DNA from: an uncultured Gammaproteobacteria bacterium
GTDB taxonomy: Bacteria; Patescibacteriota; Patescibacteriia; UBA9934; GWF2-40-263
Length of the DNA: 64,000 nucleotides
Reading direction: 5' to 3'
Assembly: GCA_964538435.1 (NCBI GenBank)
Contig: CAZIDX010000004.1
Location: forward strand, 769 to 64,768
Shown here: in pieces, positions 37,462 to 46,500 of the stretch
Layout: the number at the start of each line of letters is the position of its first letter
Position numbering within the stretch: position 1 is the first letter of the stretch
Notes under the pieces: generated by a model
Told to the model about the DNA's origin: nothing
Database searches by the model: none
The model's input: the letters and a program-made list of their open reading frames with translations, nothing else
Program-made: the position numbers and the translations under genes

Positions 37462-38850
37462 ATGAGCAAGCCAACCTATCACATCACCACCTATGGGTGT
37501 CAGATGAACAAGAATGACTCCGAGCGAATGGAGGCGCTTCTTCAGGCTGTGGGTATGGAGTCGGTTGATGGTCCTGAGAAGGCGGATTTGGTTGTACTAA
37601 ATTCGTGTTCAGTGAGGAAGAGTGCAGAGGATCGAATTTTCGGTCGGGTGCGGACATTGAACAAGATGAAGAAGAAGCGTCCAGGGATGATTATTGCGAT
37701 CACTGGATGCATGCCAGGTAGAGATCGGGATCGTGAATTTCAAAAAAAGATGCCTGGGGTGGATCTTTATTTTCCAACTGCGGATATGGGCCAGCTTCCG
37801 CGTTGGATTGGAGAGCTTCGGCCTGAGCTTGTGAATAGCACTGATGCGGTTGAGGATTATATGAAGCTTAAACCTGAGCGACATTCTGTGCGGCAGGCGT
37901 TTGTTTCGATTCAGACTGGGTGTAACAAGTTTTGTACGTACTGTGTTGTGCCATTTGCGCGTGGGCTTGAGAAGAATCGGCCGCTTAAGCAGATCCTTGA
38001 TGAGATAGAAGATCTTGTTGCTCATGGGTGTGTGGAGATTACGCTCTTAGGTCAGACAGTGAACAGTTATCAAGCACCTGATCCAGACACGATCTCAAAA
38101 AAAAATCCGTACACAGATCATTTTGCTGCGCTCCTTTGGGAGGTGAACCAGATCAAAGGTATTGCTCGTTTGCATTACACTGCGCCTCATCCTGTTCACA
38201 TGAATGATGAGATTATTGATGCAATGACGCTTCCTGCGCATCTCAACTTTATTCATATCCCTGTTCAGTCAGGTGATGATGAGGTGCTGCGTCGCATGAA
38301 TAGACGGTACACAGCAGAGGAGTTTTTGGCTGTAATTGAAAGGATTAAAGCAAAGATTCCTACAATTGCGATTGGGACAGATATCATTGTTGGGTTCTCA
38401 GAAGAGACTGAAGAGCAGTTTGAAAAGACCGTTGAGCTTTATAAGAATGTTGGGTTTGATATTTCTTACACTGCGCAGTACTCAGAGCGTTCTGGCACTG
38501 CAGCGTCGAGTGCATTTCCTGATACGGTTTCACATAAGGAAAAGAAACGGAGGTGGCGAGTGCTTCAGGCTCTTATGGAAAAGATGACGACTGAGAAGAA
38601 TCAGGTTTATGTTGGCAAGACTGTTTCTGTTTTGGTTGAGCGTCATGAACCACCAAAGGTTTCAGATGAGATGATGAAGATGCCGGAGAAAGTAAAAGAA
38701 TTACTTGAGAGTCATCCAGGGTATTGCTATGGCAACTCTCGTGAGATGAAGCTTGTGAGATTTAAGTCTGACGCATCAATGATCGGTGAGATTGTTGATG
38801 TAAAAGTAACTCGCGCGGATGTGTGGGTGCTTGAAGGGCAAATTGTATGA
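37462..38850 (+). CDS. miaB: tRNA-2-methylthio-N6-dimethylallyladenosine synthase MiaB (radical SAM)
   Basis: ORF 37351..38850; start MSKPTYHITTYGCQMN at 37462; CNKFCTYC radical-SAM motif; TRAM C-terminus. Confidence 0.85.
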   Translation: MSKPTYHITTYGCQMNKNDSERMEALLQAVGMESVDGPEKADLVVLNSCSVRKSAEDRIFGRVRTLNKMKKKRPGMIIAITGCMPGRDRDREFQKKMPGVDLYFPTADMGQLPRWIGELRPELVNSTDAVEDYMKLKPERHSVRQAFVSIQTGCNKFCTYCVVPFARGLEKNRPLKQILDEIEDLVAHGCVEITLLGQTVNSYQAPDPDTISKKNPYTDHFAALLWEVNQIKGIARLHYTAPHPVHMNDEIIDAMTLPAHLNFIHIPVQSGDDEVLRRMNRRYTAEEFLAVIERIKAKIPTIAIGTDIIVGFSEETEEQFEKTVELYKNVGFDISYTAQYSERSGTAASSAFPDTVSHKEKKRRWRVLQALMEKMTTEKNQVYVGKTVSVLVERHEPPKVSDEMMKMPEKVKELLESHPGYCYGNSREMKLVRFKSDASMIGEIVDVKVTRADVWVLEGQIV

Positions 38851-39797
38851 AAAAGAAAATCATTGCTGTGGTAGGTCCGACAGCTGCGGGTAAAACCTCG
38901 CTTGGAATTACGATCGCTAAGGAGATTGGTGGCGAGGTGATCTCGGTTGACTCGCGTCAGATTTATCGAGGTATGGATATTGGGACTGGAAAGGAGCCAG
39001 GAGAGTGGGTGGAACATGACATTGAGAAGGGGGGAAGTATTGAACAACTTTATGGTGCAAGGAAGCGTCTCGTAATTGATGGGGTGGTGCACTGGGGGAT
39101 TGATATCGTAGACCCGGATCAGGTGTACTCAGCGTCTGAGTTTAAGGATTATGCAGAGCAGAAGATCGATGAGATTGTGTCTCGCGGGCATGTTCCTGTG
39201 CTTGTTGGTGGAACTGGGTTCTGGCTTAAGGCGATTGTTGAGAATTTGGACCTTGGATCTGTGGCTGCAGATGAAAAACTCAGAGAAGAGCTTGGAACGC
39301 AAGGGGTGGGGTATTTGTTTGCTGAATACAAGCGACTTGATCCTGAGGGGGCTCAAACTATTGATCGAGATAATAAAAGAAAGCTTGTTAGAGCGCTTGA
39401 GGTTACAAAGCTGACTGGTAAGCCGTTTTCAGAGCTTAAAACGTCTGGAGAGCCAAAATACAATGTTTTAACGCTTGGAATTACTCATGAGAGAGATGTT
39501 TTAGCTGAGAGAATTAGTACGCGCGTGGAACAAATGGTGGCAGAGGGGCTGGTTGATGAGGTGAGGGGGCTCAGGGAGAAATATGGGTGTGATATCGAGT
39601 CAATGACAGGGATTGGATATCGGCAGGTTTGTCGATTTTTAGAGGGTGAAGATTCGCTTGAAGAAGCAATCGAAGAGATAAAAAAAGACTCTCGCAGGTA
39701 TGCTAAGAGGCAGATGACTTGGTGGAAACGTGACGGCAGTATTCAATGGGTGCGAGACTTTGGTGAAGCTGTTCCATTGATTGATGCTTTTCTTTAA
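38847..39797 (+). CDS. miaA: tRNA dimethylallyltransferase MiaA
   Basis: GPTAAGKTSL P-loop, DSRQIYRGMDIGTGK. Confidence 0.85.
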   Translation: MKKKIIAVVGPTAAGKTSLGITIAKEIGGEVISVDSRQIYRGMDIGTGKEPGEWVEHDIEKGGSIEQLYGARKRLVIDGVVHWGIDIVDPDQVYSASEFKDYAEQKIDEIVSRGHVPVLVGGTGFWLKAIVENLDLGSVAADEKLREELGTQGVGYLFAEYKRLDPEGAQTIDRDNKRKLVRALEVTKLTGKPFSELKTSGEPKYNVLTLGITHERDVLAERISTRVEQMVAEGLVDEVRGLREKYGCDIESMTGIGYRQVCRFLEGEDSLEEAIEEIKKDSRRYAKRQMTWWKRDGSIQWVRDFGEAVPLIDAFL

Positions 39798-39820
39798 ATC
39801 TTTCCTTTCCTTTACCTTTA

Positions 39821-40012
39821 ATTGGTTTCGCTTTCGCTCGGATCTCGCTGCGGGGGCTTGGGGCGGCCACGAGGTCGTGATTTAAAAATTCGTTGTAAAT
39901 TTTTTTAAACCACGACCTCGAACGGCCGTTTGGCGTCCTGGGCCTATAGGTGGGGTGGTGGGGGCTGCGACCTGTCAGGCCGTCGAGGCCTTCAGGTCGC
40001 CATCTCCATGGA
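39821..40012 (+). repeat. Family-1 structured interspersed repeat, copy 2 (hairpins 39867-39919 and 39967-40000)
   Basis: Alignment with copies 1 and 3; preceded by CT-rich tract 39800-39820. Confidence 0.7.
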
Positions 40013-40034
40013 GGATGAGCTTTAGAAAATCAAC

Positions 40035-40062
40035 AGCCCCCGGATCCTGCGTGGATTCGGGG
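40035..40062 (-). terminator. Terminator of pentapeptide-repeat gene (agcccccg...cgggggct hairpin; U-run on minus)
   Basis: 8-bp GC stem followed on minus strand by ttgattttct. Confidence 0.5.
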
Positions 40063-40080
40063 GCTTGTCGTTGGTGTTGG

Positions 40081-40851
40081 TCAGTCGTTGATGACCTTCA
40101 CCGCGGCCTGGGTCGCTCCGGAGAGGTCGAGGCCTGTGCAATTGACGAACTTCACAGCCTGCAGTGTCGCTCCGTGGAATCGGGCTCCAGTCAGATCGCA
40201 CTCCATGAACTTGGCGGCCATGATGACTGTGTTGGTGAAGTCAGCGTTGCGGAAGTCCTCACTGATGTGCTTGACGCTCATCATGTCCTGGCCGCTGAAG
40301 TCTTGACCTTGGGGCTGCTCATCTTCGTCCGGGGCAATGTACTCGCCTTCGTGGATGATCTGTGTGGGCAGGTTGGGGTTAGGCTGATCCTGGTTCTCCT
40401 CGGTAGAGGCTTGGAGCATTTCGTTCATGGTGTAGAAGACACGACCTTCGACCTCGTGGATGTTGGAGTCGGTGAGGTCGGCGTTGTCGACGAGGAGCAG
40501 GTCAGCGCTCAAGGGCAGCATTGTACCGATGAGGCTGGCTCCAGTGAGTTTGATTCCTTCGAAGGTGGTTTTGGACAGGTCACATCCATCCAGATTCGCG
40601 TGGGACAACAGGTTGGAGTCGAAGATGGCTCCATCCAGGTTGGCTCCGCGCAGGTCGGCGTTGCGCAAGATCATTCCGCTGAAGTTTTGCTCGCGCAGAT
40701 CTGTGCCTCGCAGGTCCAGGTGGGTGTAGAACTTGTGGTTGCACGCGGGACATACATGACCCGTCTCTCCGAGATGTGTGTTGTGCAGATCTGCTTCTGC
40801 CAGGGATCCACAATCGGGGCAAGGGGTGTTGGTGGACAGCAGGTCGCTCAT
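40081..40851 (-). CDS. Zinc-ribbon + pentapeptide-repeat protein (GC-rich cargo gene)
   Basis: CPDC...CPAC N-terminus; tandem A(D/N)LxG pentapeptide repeats; GGAAGGA RBS; ORF 39955..40893(+) is its shadow. Confidence 0.7.
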   Translation of the reverse strand: MSDLLSTNTPCPDCGSLAEADLHNTHLGETGHVCPACNHKFYTHLDLRGTDLREQNFSGMILRNADLRGANLDGAIFDSNLLSHANLDGCDLSKTTFEGIKLTGASLIGTMLPLSADLLLVDNADLTDSNIHEVEGRVFYTMNEMLQASTEENQDQPNPNLPTQIIHEGEYIAPDEDEQPQGQDFSGQDMMSVKHISEDFRNADFTNTVIMAAKFMECDLTGARFHGATLQAVKFVNCTGLDLSGATQAAVKVIND

Positions 40852-40981
40852 CTGGTTTCCTTCCTATCCGAGAGTGAATTCTCGCGGATTTGAGCGATGT
40901 GTTCCAAGTGGCTGTTCCTGTGCCACATTCGTTCGATACAGCCGATTGCACAATGCAATCTGATAGCCGTATAAGAGAGCC

Positions 40982-41010
40982 AGAATAGCACAAAATAGCC
41001 GTTTTGTCAA
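40982..41010 (-). promoter_or_regulatory. sigma70-like promoter on minus strand (TTGACAAAA -35, 17-bp spacer, TATTCT -10) with ~150-nt leader containing palindrome gattgca-ttg-tgcaatc
   Basis: Read from reverse complement; same architecture as five other promoters in window. Confidence 0.45.
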
Positions 41011-41032
41011 GGGTTTTACGTGTTTTTGAATC

Positions 41033-41060
41033 AAAAAACACCCAGTAAATGGGTGTTTTT
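41033..41060. terminator. Bidirectional terminator after gatB (A6-cacccag-taaa-tgggtg-T5)
   Basis: Hairpin with flanking A and T runs. Confidence 0.55.
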
Positions 41061-41073
41061 ATCTTATGTTTGA

Positions 41074-42597
41074 TTACTTGTTGAGCTCTACTTTTAAGAT
41101 GTTTTTTGCTACTCCTGGGTCTGCTGTGCCTTTTGATTTTTTCATGATCATTCCGATGAAAAACTGTAGCAGCTGCTCTTCGCCTGCTTTGTAGCGGGCT
41201 AGTTCTGCTGGGTGTGACTCGATTACGTTCATTACGATTTCGGCTAGCTCACCCTCGTCACTCATTTGGCCGAGTTGCTTGTCTTCCATGATGTGCGTTG
41301 GGCTCTCGCCAGCCTCGAGCATTGCTTCGAGTACTTTGAGTCCAGAGGTGTTGTTGAGTTTTCGTGTTGCTACAAGTGTGATGAACTCAGCAAAGTTTTC
41401 TGGGGTGATTTTCATGATGCGAATGTCGATGGATTTATCTGCGAGCAGTCCACCAAGTTTTGAGAGCAGCCATCCAGCGAGTAGTTTTGCCATTTTCTTT
41501 TTCTCGGTTTCAACTGCTTCAATTTCGTTGACATCAAGTTCTGGAATAGAAGCGAGCCAAGCATGGAGTTCTGAGAATGCACGCTCAACAAAGTCTGCCA
41601 TTACCAGGTCGTCGCAAATCTGTTTTGCATCCGATGGTTTGAGTGCGTATTCTTCTTCGAATCGTGCACGCTTTGCTGCGGGCAGTTCTGGGAGTTCGCT
41701 TTTTAGCTCGTCTGCAATGTCTTTGAGTGCAAGAGGTGGGATGTCAGGTTCTGGGAAGTAGCGGTAGTCAGATGCGCCTTCTTTTGACCGTTGGTCTTCT
41801 GTAATGCCTTTTGCGTCGTTCCATCCGCGTGTTGTTGAGATGGATGGGATTTCATCTTTCTCCCACAGTTTTGTTTGTCTTTGGATTTCGTGTTCGAGTG
41901 CGCGCTCAACATGTTTGAATGAGTTGAGGTTTTTGATTTCTGTTTTTGGGTGCAATGTGGAATCCTTTGGAACTCCGTTTTCGTCTACTTCTCGCAGCGA
42001 GATGTTTGCATCACAACGCAGGTGTCCTTTTTCCATGTCAGCATTGGAGACACCAAGGTAGCGCATGATGAGACGCAACTCTTGAAGGAATATTTTAGCC
42101 TCAAGAGGGGAGCGGAAGTCAGGTTCAGTTACGATCTCGATGAGAGGTGTTCCTCCGCGGTTGAAATCAACAAAGGTTTTTCCGTCTGTGCCGTGAACGT
42201 TTTTTGCTGCGTCTTCTTCGAGGTGCGCACGCGTGATTCCGATGTTTGCAATATCTCGCTCTCCACCTGGAACACGCACACTTAGGTGTCCGTGTTCTGC
42301 GATCGGGAGGTCAAATTGTGAGATTTGGTAGGCCTTTGGGAGGTCAGGATAAAAGTAGTTTTTTCGATCAAATTTTGAGTGATCTGCGATTTTACAATTC
42401 AAAGCAAGTCCCACAAGCACGCCAAAGCGAATGGCTTGCTTATTTGGGACAGGAAGGGTTCCTGGGTTTCCAAGGCAGATTGGGCATACATTGGTGTTTG
42501 GTCGAGCAGCGCTATCGTGCGTGGAACAACCACAAAACATTTTTGTTTTGGTTTTCATTTGCACGTGGATTTCAAGTCCGATTACTGGTTGCAGTTT
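41074..42597 (-). CDS. gatB: Asp-tRNA(Asn)/Glu-tRNA(Gln) amidotransferase subunit B
   Basis: ORF 41074..42654; start MKLQPVIGLEIHVQ at 42597; GatB catalytic and YqeY-like tail. Confidence 0.85.
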   Translation of the reverse strand, partial: KLQPVIGLEIHVQMKTKTKMFCGCSTHDSAARPNTNVCPICLGNPGTLPVPNKQAIRFGVLVGLALNCKIADHSKFDRKNYFYPDLPKAYQISQFDLPIAEHGHLSVRVPGGERDIANIGITRAHLEEDAAKNVHGTDGKTFVDFNRGGTPLIEIVTEPDFRSPLEAKIFLQELRLIMRYLGVSNADMEKGHLRCDANISLREVDENGVPKDSTLHPKTEIKNLNSFKHVERALEHEIQRQTKLWEKDEIPSISTTRGWNDAKGITEDQRSKEGASDYRYFPEPDIPPLALKDIADELKSELPELPAAKRARFEEEYALKPSDAKQICDDLVMADFVERAFSELHAWLASIPELDVNEIEAVETEKKKMAKLLAGWLLSKLGGLLADKSIDIRIMKITPENFAEFITLVATRKLNNTSGLKVLEAMLEAGESPTHIMEDKQLGQMSDEGELAEIVMNVIESHPAELARYKAGEEQLLQFFIGMIMKKSKGTADPGVAKNILKVELNK

Positions 42598-42628
42598 CAT
42601 AAACGTATAGGTTGCTTTGAAATGCAGC

Positions 42629-43360
42629 TTACGCTGTCTGTTTGCTTGTCGCAAGTTGTTTTAAGTGGAGGTAGAGAAGGGTGATGTAGATGGCAAATAG
42701 AGGTACAAAGAACATTTCTCCAATCACTTCAAAGATTTCTACCCAGAGTGGCAAGGTGTCGCTTTCGTAAATAGTAACAGGGTCGATTCCAAAAACAAGA
42801 GCAATGATAGTGATCACGCTGCCCACGAGTGCTGAGTAGACAAACGCGATAGCGACAGGTCCCAAAAGAAGTCTCCATAGCACGCGGAAGAATTGTCCCT
42901 TGAGAAGTTCTTTGCTGGTTGAGAGAGCGTCGAGGTCTTTCTTGCCGTCAATAACGAGAGCTTGCTGTGAGAACGCGAACCAGATAGCAAATACGAGTCC
43001 AGGAATAATGAGAAGAATCAGGCCACCGAGAAAGATGACGAGTTGCAGCAAGATGATGCGTACTGAGGAGGTGATGAGATTGAATGCATCACGTTGAACC
43101 TTTTGCAGATCAAGAGGCTTGCGTCTGGCAATTGCTGTTGTGATCTTGATGTAGATAACAGTGATCCAGATGGCTAGGAAGATTTCTAGAATAGACGCAA
43201 CAACCTCTGCAGCGGTGGTTGCGAGGTGGTCGGGGCTAAGACGTAAAACTACAAACGCCGCAAATGGCACGAGCAGCCATGCGGCGTAACCTAGGTACAG
43301 CCAGAGGTGTTTTTTGTAGAGGTGGTACGTTCGTGTGAGAAGATCTAGCGGTGGCAACAT
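42629..43360 (-). CDS. Hypothetical polytopic membrane protein (paralogue of next gene)
   Basis: 6 predicted TM; N-terminal similarity (Y-x-x-x-W-L pattern) to 43363..44244. Confidence 0.45.
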   Translation of the reverse strand: MLPPLDLLTRTYHLYKKHLWLYLGYAAWLLVPFAAFVVLRLSPDHLATTAAEVVASILEIFLAIWITVIYIKITTAIARRKPLDLQKVQRDAFNLITSSVRIILLQLVIFLGGLILLIIPGLVFAIWFAFSQQALVIDGKKDLDALSTSKELLKGQFFRVLWRLLLGPVAIAFVYSALVGSVITIIALVFGIDPVTIYESDTLPLWVEIFEVIGEMFFVPLFAIYITLLYLHLKQLATSKQTA

Positions 43361-43362
43361 AG

Positions 43363-44244
43363 TTATCGAGTCTCTTTGAGAGATCTGTAAAGAAGAACGT
43401 CTGAAATAATGATAAGTGGGTTGATGAGAACAACGATTAAGATTGGGACAACGGTTTCTGTCATTGTGGTGATTCTGAGTTGAAGGTCAAGGTTCAAGCC
43501 AGCACTGGCGTCGATGAGGATGCGCGCAGCAAACGCAGCCAGGTACATGGCAAAGACACCAAAGATGATAAAGACAAGTTTTGGAACAGCAATGCGAGCG
43601 AGTACAGCCCAGAAGCGATCTCTGACAAGGTCTCGGCTAAGTTCAAGAGCTTTCATTCCTCTGGCTCCGTCTAGCATGGTAGCGATCGGTCCAAAGAAGT
43701 AGTAACCCATCCAGCGGATGCTTAGGAATACGGATACAAACATTCCAGCGATTAGGAGCAGGGAGCCGATGACGATTAAGCTTGTGAGTCCGAAGGATTG
43801 TCCAATTGCAGCAACAATTGCTGGTGGGGCAAAACCAATCAAGATCGCGAGTCCTACCATGAGCACAACCATGATGGTGGTAATGGCAGCAGGGATAAAG
43901 ATTTTCCAACCTTCTTTTAGGGCCTTTTTGTGATCAGGGCGCTTGCGAGAAAGGTGGGTTCTGACCATGCGTGTGATTGATGTGAGCACCCAGAAGGTCA
44001 TGATTGGAGCAATGATGAATGTGGTGAGTGCATACAGATATACACCAAAGACATCTGTTCCTGTGAGCACAGCCCCGAATTGAAGCTTGCTGGCTGCCGG
44101 ATAGAAGGCAAGGGCAACGACATACAAGATGGCTGTGATCAAGATCCAGCAGGAAACAGCTAGGTATTCAACGATTTTGCTTCGGTATGTCTCCCAAGAG
44201 TCGTCAATGAGTTGTCCGACAGTGATGAGTGGTTTTGAAGGCAT
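43363..44244 (-). CDS. Hypothetical polytopic membrane protein
   Basis: 6-7 predicted TM helices. Confidence 0.45.
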   Translation of the reverse strand: MPSKPLITVGQLIDDSWETYRSKIVEYLAVSCWILITAILYVVALAFYPAASKLQFGAVLTGTDVFGVYLYALTTFIIAPIMTFWVLTSITRMVRTHLSRKRPDHKKALKEGWKIFIPAAITTIMVVLMVGLAILIGFAPPAIVAAIGQSFGLTSLIVIGSLLLIAGMFVSVFLSIRWMGYYFFGPIATMLDGARGMKALELSRDLVRDRFWAVLARIAVPKLVFIIFGVFAMYLAAFAARILIDASAGLNLDLQLRITTMTETVVPILIVVLINPLIIISDVLLYRSLKETR

Positions 44245-44252
44245 AGGTTGTC

Positions 44253-44966
44253 TTATCGCGAAAAGATTTGACTGATGAGCTCTGTTGCGCGCGCGCGAGA
44301 GTCATCAACGGTTCCTCCAGTATCGAGTAGATACACACGTGAACCTTTGTTTTTGAAAATAGAATGAAGCCACTTGGCAGCAAAGCGCTCCTCTTGTTTG
44401 AGCAGGAAGGCAAGTTCTGCGAACACACCTTTTGATTCATCGTCGCGAGCATGGATGCGTCTGTGAGCTTCCTGGGCATCAACTTTTGTGAGAATCAGGA
44501 CGTCTGGTGCGTGGTCGAGTGCGAGCTGGTTTCCAGGTAGGGACATGATGAATTCTTCTGTCATCCCTCCGTGCATGACGGGTTGGTAGACTAGCGAAGA
44601 GGAGATGCCTCTGTCTTGGATGACGATTTTTCCTGCTTTGAGCGCTGGGATAACAAGGCGCTTGTACATGATCTGTCGATCAAGAGCGAATGCGTGCGCG
44701 AGCTCTTCGCCTCCGTATGGATCGTCTGAGCGAGAGAGTTCGTAGCGGATGGCGCGACCTGTCCAGGTTCGGGTGGGTTCGTATGTGAAGAAGACGTCAT
44801 GATCTTGCAGGTCTTCAAATGCGGGTGGTTCGTGGTCGATCCAGTCAGAAAGTTTGAATACGTTGTGACCTTGCTCCTGTGTCCACTCTTGAACAGCATT
44901 AAGGACAGTGGATTTTCCACTTCCTGTCATGCCATCAACCATGATGAATTGACCTGATCGCTTCAT
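44253..44966 (-). CDS. Thymidylate kinase-like dNMP kinase
   Basis: P-loop VDGMTGSGKST; YEPTRTWTGRAIR; DRGISSSLVYQ (Tmk-like DRY/SS motif). Confidence 0.6.
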   Translation of the reverse strand: MKRSGQFIMVDGMTGSGKSTVLNAVQEWTQEQGHNVFKLSDWIDHEPPAFEDLQDHDVFFTYEPTRTWTGRAIRYELSRSDDPYGGEELAHAFALDRQIMYKRLVIPALKAGKIVIQDRGISSSLVYQPVMHGGMTEEFIMSLPGNQLALDHAPDVLILTKVDAQEAHRRIHARDDESKGVFAELAFLLKQEERFAAKWLHSIFKNKGSRVYLLDTGGTVDDSRARATELISQIFSR

Positions 44967-45117
44967 ATTATAGCAAATATTGCGTAATAATCCGATTTAG
45001 GGTGCCCCTTAATTCTCAAAGTGAGATCTATCCACAGGTTGCTCTGCAATGTCGTTATTTTAGCGGAAAGATGAGCCCATGGAAACCAGGTGCTTGGGGT
45101 GGTATTCTTGATCTAGT

Positions 45118-45951
45118 ATGACAAACTTTGATCAAATCTATTTAGACGCCATTGGGCGCATTTATAACGAGGGCGATGAAGTGTTTTCTGAGCGCACAGG
45201 ATACTCAACAAAGGCTATTCCGGGTCTTACGCTTGAGATTGAGCCTGCAAAGGGTTTTCCTCTGCTTACATTGCGCAAAATCCCTGTAAGATTGTTTTGT
45301 GCAGAGGTTGTGTGGATGGTAACTGGGCATAAACATCTTGAGTTCCTGCGTCAGTTTACAAAGGTTTGGGATGGGTTTGCAGAAGAAGATGGAACAGTGG
45401 AGGCAGCGTATGGTCACAGGTGGCGTCACTATTTTGGACGAGATCAGCTTTTGGATCTTGTGGATCATTTGCGCGCGGAGCCATCGTCTCGACATGGGGT
45501 TGTTGTGATGTGGGATCCTGCAACAGATGGGCTCACTGCGCCGAAGAAGAAAAATGTACCGTGTCCGTTTTGTTGGACAGCGAATATTATTCAAAATAAA
45601 TTGAATGTGCATTTGGTGATTCGATCAAATGACATGATGCTTGGAAATCCGCACGATACCGCTGGGTTCGCGCTCCTGCAGGCCATGCTTGCGCAGGAGC
45701 TTGGGGTCAATGTTGGGAAGCTTACGATTTCGATTTCGCATGCACATATTTATGAGAATCACTACTCTCAAGCTGTAGAACTTCTTGATCGAGATGATCA
45801 TTCTCATGACGAGATTTTTTGTAACTTGCCTGAGAATTCGTTTAGGCGAGCCATGGATGCTGATGAGACGCTTGTGAAGGAGATGTTTAAAATGTTTAAA
45901 AATCAGTATGAGCCTGCGCCTCCAGTGGAGCGCATGCAGATTGCGTATTAG
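45118..45951 (+). CDS. Thymidylate-synthase-family (ThyA-like) folate-dependent pyrimidine-C5 transferase with Asn->Asp specificity substitution (predicted dCMP- rather than dUMP-directed)
   Basis: Collinear with E. coli ThyA: ERTG (Arg21), PSSRHGVVVMWD, catalytic Cys in NVPCPF, IRSND, HAHIY; E. coli LGLPFN(177) aligns to LGNPHD. Confidence 0.75.
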   Translation: MTNFDQIYLDAIGRIYNEGDEVFSERTGYSTKAIPGLTLEIEPAKGFPLLTLRKIPVRLFCAEVVWMVTGHKHLEFLRQFTKVWDGFAEEDGTVEAAYGHRWRHYFGRDQLLDLVDHLRAEPSSRHGVVVMWDPATDGLTAPKKKNVPCPFCWTANIIQNKLNVHLVIRSNDMMLGNPHDTAGFALLQAMLAQELGVNVGKLTISISHAHIYENHYSQAVELLDRDDHSHDEIFCNLPENSFRRAMDADETLVKEMFKMFKNQYEPAPPVERMQIAY

Positions 45952-45953
45952 AT

Positions 45954-46454
45954 ATGGACGTTATACTTATTGCAGCGGTTTCGGCTGATGGAAAGATTGC
46001 TCAGTCCTCTGATCAGCTTTCTCTTGATTGGACAAGCAAAGAGGATTTGCGGTTTTTTGTTGAAAAAACTAAGGAAATTGGTGTGGTGATCATGGGGCGA
46101 AAGACCTTTGATACGATTGGAAAGCCGCTTAAAGACAGGCAGCTCATAGTGATGACACGCTCACCAGAGGAGCAGGAGACAATGGAAGGGGTGGAGTTTA
46201 CAAGCGAGACACCGCATGAGATTTTGGAGCGATTGGAGGGGCTTGGGCTAAAGAGTGTTGTGCTGGCTGGTGGGTCATCGATTTACAGCAAGTTTTTGTA
46301 TGACAATCTTGTGACAGATGTTTATCTGACGATTGAACCAATCTTGTTTGGTCAGGGTGTGCCACTTGCCTTTGGATTTGATCGAATTGATATGGAGCTT
46401 GAGGATGTGAGCGAGCTGGGGGAGAATGGAATTCTTGCGCATTACACGTTGTAG
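45954..46454 (+). CDS. folA: Dihydrofolate reductase
   Basis: VILIAAVSADGKIA...VVIMGRKTFDTIGKPLKDRQLIVMTRS matches DHFR fold motifs; translationally coupled to thyA-like gene. Confidence 0.7.
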   Translation: MDVILIAAVSADGKIAQSSDQLSLDWTSKEDLRFFVEKTKEIGVVIMGRKTFDTIGKPLKDRQLIVMTRSPEEQETMEGVEFTSETPHEILERLEGLGLKSVVLAGGSSIYSKFLYDNLVTDVYLTIEPILFGQGVPLAFGFDRIDMELEDVSELGENGILAHYTL

Positions 46455-46465
46455 AGAAAAATAAA

Positions 46466-46493
46466 ACCACCCTCGTATAGAGAGTGGTTTTTT
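46466..46493. terminator. Bidirectional terminator (ccaccctc-gtatag-agagtgg + T6)
   Basis: Hairpin between convergent folA and CDS 46501..49617. Confidence 0.55.
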
Positions 46494-46500
46494 GTTTTGC

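Noticed and set aside
39955-40893. 312-aa ORF on plus strand overlapping the pentapeptide gene
   Set aside because: Shadow ORF; the minus-strand product has zinc-ribbon and pentapeptide repeats, an RBS and a promoter, and the plus ORF begins inside repeat copy 2
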